The notes beneath the pieces are model-generated. The model had not been told where the DNA came from. It was given only the letters and a program-made list of their open reading frames with translations, and made no database searches. Source: an uncultured Poribacteria bacterium (GTDB lineage Bacteria > Poribacteria > WGA-4E > WGA-3G). Taken from it: a stretch of DNA of 64,000 nt. This document shows, piece by piece, positions 61,274-64,000 of the stretch. The stretch is from positions 3,456,001-3,520,000 of the forward strand of contig CATQHZ020000001.1 in NCBI GenBank assembly GCA_958296135.2, written 5' to 3'. The first letter of the stretch is position 1. The number at the start of each line of letters is the position of its first letter. The translations under genes and the position numbers were made by a program.

Positions 61274-61428
61274 GTGGACATCTCGGCAGCGAGGCTGCAG
61301 AGAGGACAAAGTTAAAGTCAGGTAGTTTGCTTATGCGAAGCAACAGTCACGTCTATCAAGACAGTCGATCTGCCTTGTCAGATCGACTGTCCTACCGTAA
61401 ACACGTTTTCTGTAGACGTGCCCGTAAC
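61274..61428. mobile_element. REP-loop-inserted mini-element, 155-bp form with extra internal hairpin
   Basis: GTGGACATCTC...CCGTAAC between GGCGAGGAACA and GGCCCTCGCCCTAC; internal GACAGTCGATCTG/CAGATCGACTGTC stem. Confidence 0.7.
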
Positions 61429-61518
61429 GGCCCTCGCCCTACGGAATGCAGCAGTTAAAAGTGCATCCATCTTGGCGTACGGTTATAGCATTCGCGACCT
61501 AACCCGGAAACAAAGACG

Positions 61519-62976
61519 ATGTGGACACTAATTCAACGCGAAATTTTGACGAACCTGATGACATTCCGCTTTTTTGTGGCAGTAGTTGCCTGCGTGGCAC
61601 TCGTGCTTGCGACTACCGTCGTTTTAACGAACGATTACGCGCGGCGACTCGCGAACTATAACGCCGCTGTCACAAAACACAGCCAACGGAACTTCAGTGC
61701 CAAAACCTATTCCTATCAGTCCCTGTGGCTTGATAGAGCCCCCAATCCGCTGAGCATCTTTAGCCAAGGGCTCGACAAACGCGCCGCGAATACCCTCAAA
61801 CTGGCCCGGGGTAGAGTCCCTCACCTGTGGGAAGATAACTACTTCAGCACCGATTACGACAATCCCTTTCGGCACCTTCTCGCCGAATTGGACATCGTCG
61901 CGATTTTCCAGCTCTTGCTCAGTCTGCTCGCGCTCGTTTTCGCCTATGATGCGATAGCCGGAGAACGTGAGGCGGGCACCTTACGTCTGATGCTCGCAAA
62001 TCCGGTGAGCCGCGGCACCATTCTCTTCTCAAAATATGTCGGCGCGATGGTGTGCCTCCTGCTACCGTTTCTGCTCAGCTTCCTGTTGGCACTGCTCTGC
62101 CAGATGCTCATCGGTGTCATCCAGTGGACGGTAGACGACTACCTCCGCATCGGCGGCATCTTTGCCACCTCCCTCGTCTATGTCTCAACCTTCTACCTCA
62201 TCGGATTGCTCATCTCAAGTGCGACGCGCCACGCAGCGACATCGCTCATCTTATCGGTTTTCGTCTGGATAGTCTTTACGCTCATTTATCCGAACGTGAG
62301 CCTCTTCATGGTGAACCGCCTCATCAAGACAGAAGAAAAGGTAGAACAAGCGAATCGTAAAATCGAACAACTTTGGGAACACTTCCATCGGGAGAGAAAG
62401 AAACAGCACAACCCGCTTGAAGGACGAAATCCGCTTGTGCACAGTAGCGGGTGGCATGGAACTGACGCAGGCAAAAACTGCACCTATATCGCCCCAGAAT
62501 TTGAGCCGCAGATCCCTGCTGTTAAGGCATATTACCAATCTGTGGTGACACGCCGCATCCAGACAGCAGAAAAAACTTGGCGCGAGAGAAAGCAGGTGCT
62601 TGCCGATACCTACATCCGTAAATCCAACATAGCACGAAATGCACTGCGATTCTCACCCGCGGGATTGTATCAGTTGACAACGGAGGCATGGGCAGGCACC
62701 GGACTCCGCGGCGTAGAGGATTTTTTTACACACATGCGTCACTATCGGCAAACGGTGCTGAACTATTTCGATGACAAAAAGGCGTTCAGTTCACGGCAGT
62801 GGTTCGCGAGCGACCGGGGAGAAGTGCGTTGGGACGACATGCCGCGATGTTCCTATCGCCGGCCGAGGGCTGTGGAAAATGCCACCCAGGCCTTGCCAGA
62901 TTTGCTCCTGCTTGTGGTTCTCAATCCGCTGCTGTTTTTGGCAACGTTCCTGATTTTCATCAAGAAGGAGATGTGA
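61519..62976 (+). CDS. ABC-2 type transporter permease subunit
   Basis: LIQRE, SLLALVFAYDAIAGEREAGTLRLMLANPVSR...SKY; TM helices. Confidence 0.88.
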   Translation: MWTLIQREILTNLMTFRFFVAVVACVALVLATTVVLTNDYARRLANYNAAVTKHSQRNFSAKTYSYQSLWLDRAPNPLSIFSQGLDKRAANTLKLARGRVPHLWEDNYFSTDYDNPFRHLLAELDIVAIFQLLLSLLALVFAYDAIAGEREAGTLRLMLANPVSRGTILFSKYVGAMVCLLLPFLLSFLLALLCQMLIGVIQWTVDDYLRIGGIFATSLVYVSTFYLIGLLISSATRHAATSLILSVFVWIVFTLIYPNVSLFMVNRLIKTEEKVEQANRKIEQLWEHFHRERKKQHNPLEGRNPLVHSSGWHGTDAGKNCTYIAPEFEPQIPAVKAYYQSVVTRRIQTAEKTWRERKQVLADTYIRKSNIARNALRFSPAGLYQLTTEAWAGTGLRGVEDFFTHMRHYRQTVLNYFDDKKAFSSRQWFASDRGEVRWDDMPRCSYRRPRAVENATQALPDLLLLVVLNPLLFLATFLIFIKKEM

Positions 62977-62977
62977 G

Positions 62978-64000
62978 ATGACATGGCACCTCATTAAACG
63001 TGAACTTTTTGAACAACTCAGCAGCCTCCGGTTCTGCCTTGCAACTCTCCTCACCGTCGGCCTGATGGTTGTCAACGCCATCGGGTATATTGACGCGCAT
63101 CGGACGCAACAGACCGATTACCGGCAGAAGACTACCGCCGCGTTGCAAGAGATGGAAAGACGGTGCGATACGCTTTACAATCTCGTCATCTCCGGGCCAG
63201 GGCAGCTTTACAAAAAGCCATCAAACCTCTCTTTTTGCGCGGCCGGCAGCGAAGATAAACTGCCGGATGCCGCAGCCGGTAGAGGCGCAGGCTGGGGAAT
63301 GGGACCGAAGATAAACGGAGTTGTCTACTCAACATCCGGGTTATGGCGGATGGACTACAACATCCAACCGCCGCTCACGGGTAAAGACATCTTTCCAACC
63401 TTCCTGAAAATCGACTGGGTGCTTATCCTCACCGTCGTCTTCAGCTGCCTCGCGCTTGTCTTCACCTTCGATGCCATTTCCGGCGAGATTGAGAGCGGCA
63501 CGCTGCGATTGACGTTGTCCAACGCCGTGCCGAGAAGGACACTGCTAACGGCGAAGTTTCTCAGCGCGTTCGTGAGCCTCAGTCTCTTATTTTTTATCGG
63601 CGCGTTGATGAACCTGTTGTTACTTTATCTCTCCGGCACACTTCAACTCACCACCGAGGAATGTAGCCGAATCGCGGGAATTTTCGTCGTCGTGCCCATC
63701 TATCTCTCGGTTTTTATCGCGCTCGGTTTGCTGGTGTCTTCCCGTGCTAACAGTGCCGCCCCGAGTCTCGTCATCTTGCTCCTTTTATGGACAATCTGGG
63801 TTATCTTAATTCCCGCCGCACTCGGAAACATTGTGAGTGGGCTTAATCCTGCCCAAAGCCGCCGAGATTCTTCGCGCCGGCACATCGTAAAGAATCAAAC
63901 CAGGGAACGTTACCTCGCACGCGGCCTGCTAGCGGCGGCACCGAGTCGCACGCATCCACCGACATCCGCCACACAACTCTGGGCAGAATTCCTGAACGAA
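62978..64000 (+). CDS. ABC-2 type transporter permease subunit (partial, runs off the window)
   Basis: Manual translation MTWHLIKRELFEQLSSLRF...FTFDAISGEIESGTLRLTLSN; paralogue of the upstream gene. Confidence 0.85.
   Translation, partial: MTWHLIKRELFEQLSSLRFCLATLLTVGLMVVNAIGYIDAHRTQQTDYRQKTTAALQEMERRCDTLYNLVISGPGQLYKKPSNLSFCAAGSEDKLPDAAAGRGAGWGMGPKINGVVYSTSGLWRMDYNIQPPLTGKDIFPTFLKIDWVLILTVVFSCLALVFTFDAISGEIESGTLRLTLSNAVPRRTLLTAKFLSAFVSLSLLFFIGALMNLLLLYLSGTLQLTTEECSRIAGIFVVVPIYLSVFIALGLLVSSRANSAAPSLVILLLLWTIWVILIPAALGNIVSGLNPAQSRRDSSRRHIVKNQTRERYLARGLLAAAPSRTHPPTSATQLWAEFLNE

Overview
GC-rich bacterial chromosomal window with about 45 CDS and no rRNA, tRNA or CRISPR that I can support. The gene families present (DUF1501/DUF1549/DUF1553 module, several Uma2 and PhyH paralogues, lamin-tail-domain secreted proteins, sulfatase, TPR/WD40/PQQ-propeller proteins) suggest Candidatus Poribacteria; this is inference only. 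Intergenic DNA is dominated by GTAG-type REP hairpins arranged in BIME-like arrays. Five signals stand out. (1) Two inverted paralogous surface-protein loci share a promoter, a leader with a C9 tract and a C-terminal half, but have divergent N-termini; each is bracketed by REP arrays, and the tracts differ by one base in register, suggesting phase variation. (2) A 50-155 bp element is inserted seven times at the same nucleotide of the REP loop. (3) A HigB toxin is paired with a HigA-like domain fused to TPR repeats. (4) Four secreted proteins end in the same C-terminal motif, a candidate sorting signal. (5) An orphan IS200/IS605-like structured element lies inside an ECF sigma operon. All protein family calls come from motif recognition, not database searches.
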